A program made the position numbers and the translations under genes. From assembly GCA_965603825.1 (NCBI GenBank), contig CBFDEM010000015.1, positions 620,001-684,000 on the forward strand: a stretch of 64,000 nt of DNA. The letters run 5' to 3'. Of this stretch, positions 63,304 to 64,000 are shown piece after piece. The notes beneath the pieces are model-generated. The model saw only the letters and a list, made by a program, of their open reading frames with translations, did no database searches and had not been told where the DNA came from. This DNA is from Blepharisma stoltei ATCC 30299 (taxonomy: Eukaryota; Protista; Ciliophora). Each line of letters begins with the position of its first letter. Position 1 is the first letter of the stretch.

Positions 63304-64000
63304 ATGTCTGACGCACGAGTTTGAAAATTTTGCATCGCAGTCAATCTCACTTATTCCCTTAAACAATTTATCAATTTCGAAACCAATCTGTTGCTGTCTG
63401 AAACCTTAAATCAGGTACTAAATTCCTTACAATGAGATGAACAAAATCAAAGGGAGCTAGCCTTTTTACGAGATGAGCTAGACCAAGTTTTAATAGATAA
63501 TAGCTGAACTATTTCATGCATTGAAAAAGATCTTATTGATTTACCATTACAACAAAAGATCTTCTGTGCTGCTGATAAAATAATGATTTTAAAAGATCTT
63601 CCATCGAGAATTTGCTCAATTAAAATAAAAGAAAATGAAAATAGCTATTTTCTTGTCGCAGCGCTTTTAGAAAATGGCAAAGCACTTTATCATTGGAAAG
63701 ATGAAGATTGATACAAAATTGGGTTTGATAAGTCCATGCCTGATGAACCGCATTATTTTTACTTTTGCGAGGCTCCTCTACATGATATAGAGCGGATTTT
63801 AAACTCTAAATGCTATGAAAAAATATATTCGCTGCTTAGAGACTCGCATACCGAAAATGAGTCTCTACTAGATATTAGTGAAGCATCTGAAATAAACCAA
63901 AGAGCTAGCATAGATGAAAGTAAAGAAAGCAATGAAATTATTGAAAAAGGGGTAAAAGATACAAAAAATCAAGAATTACAAACTGAAATTGACAATGAGC
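63304..64000 (+). CDS. 5' part of a gene running off the window; N-domain resembles the degenerate USP-like N-domains of the island
   Basis: ATG 63304, open to the window end with TGA=W. SYFLVAALLE...W...HYFYF resembles YYLAAIF (36340) and YSLVSAISF..W (49780). Confidence 0.65.

Noticed and set aside
34120-64000. E1 (ThiF) or E3 (RING/HECT/RBR) gene in the island; viral origin of the island
   Set aside because: No such motifs were seen in the window. The genes use host-type tiny introns and UGA=Trp, and no viral hallmark genes are present.

Overview
Eukaryotic DNA from a heterotrich ciliate, most likely Blepharisma (inferred). TGA is read as Trp at many conserved Trp positions, TAA and TAG are stops, and the introns are 15-16 nt GT..AG. 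The supplied ORF track is therefore fragmented and misses several genes, which I re-assembled by hand. 1-28 kb is a very compact housekeeping/ciliary region: two Nna1/CCP carboxypeptidases, an Sfi1-like protein, a UFD1-like protein, an EF-hand/WD40 protein, R3H-RCC1, COQ4, CFAP96-like, FYVE, Bax-inhibitor-1 paralogs, PNKP and a C2 protein. At 29-33.7 kb lies a decayed non-LTR (LINE-type) retrotransposon. From 34 kb to the window end (open-ended) is a gene island made almost entirely of three families. It has four intact divergent ubiquitin-like modifiers (mono-, di-, di- and tri-Ubl, all ending GG plus a hydrophobic-led tail). It has four intact divergent E2 enzymes that lack the acidic residues used for lysine conjugation. 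It has nine full-length minimal USP genes (one catalytically dead) that share one intron position. Pseudogenes of all three families, a segmental duplication and a shared TRTAGA motif near start codons complete it. This looks like a dedicated, fast-evolving Ubl conjugation/deconjugation system analogous in logic to ISG15/UBE2L6/USP18. That interpretation is inference, and no E1 or E3 is visible in the window.
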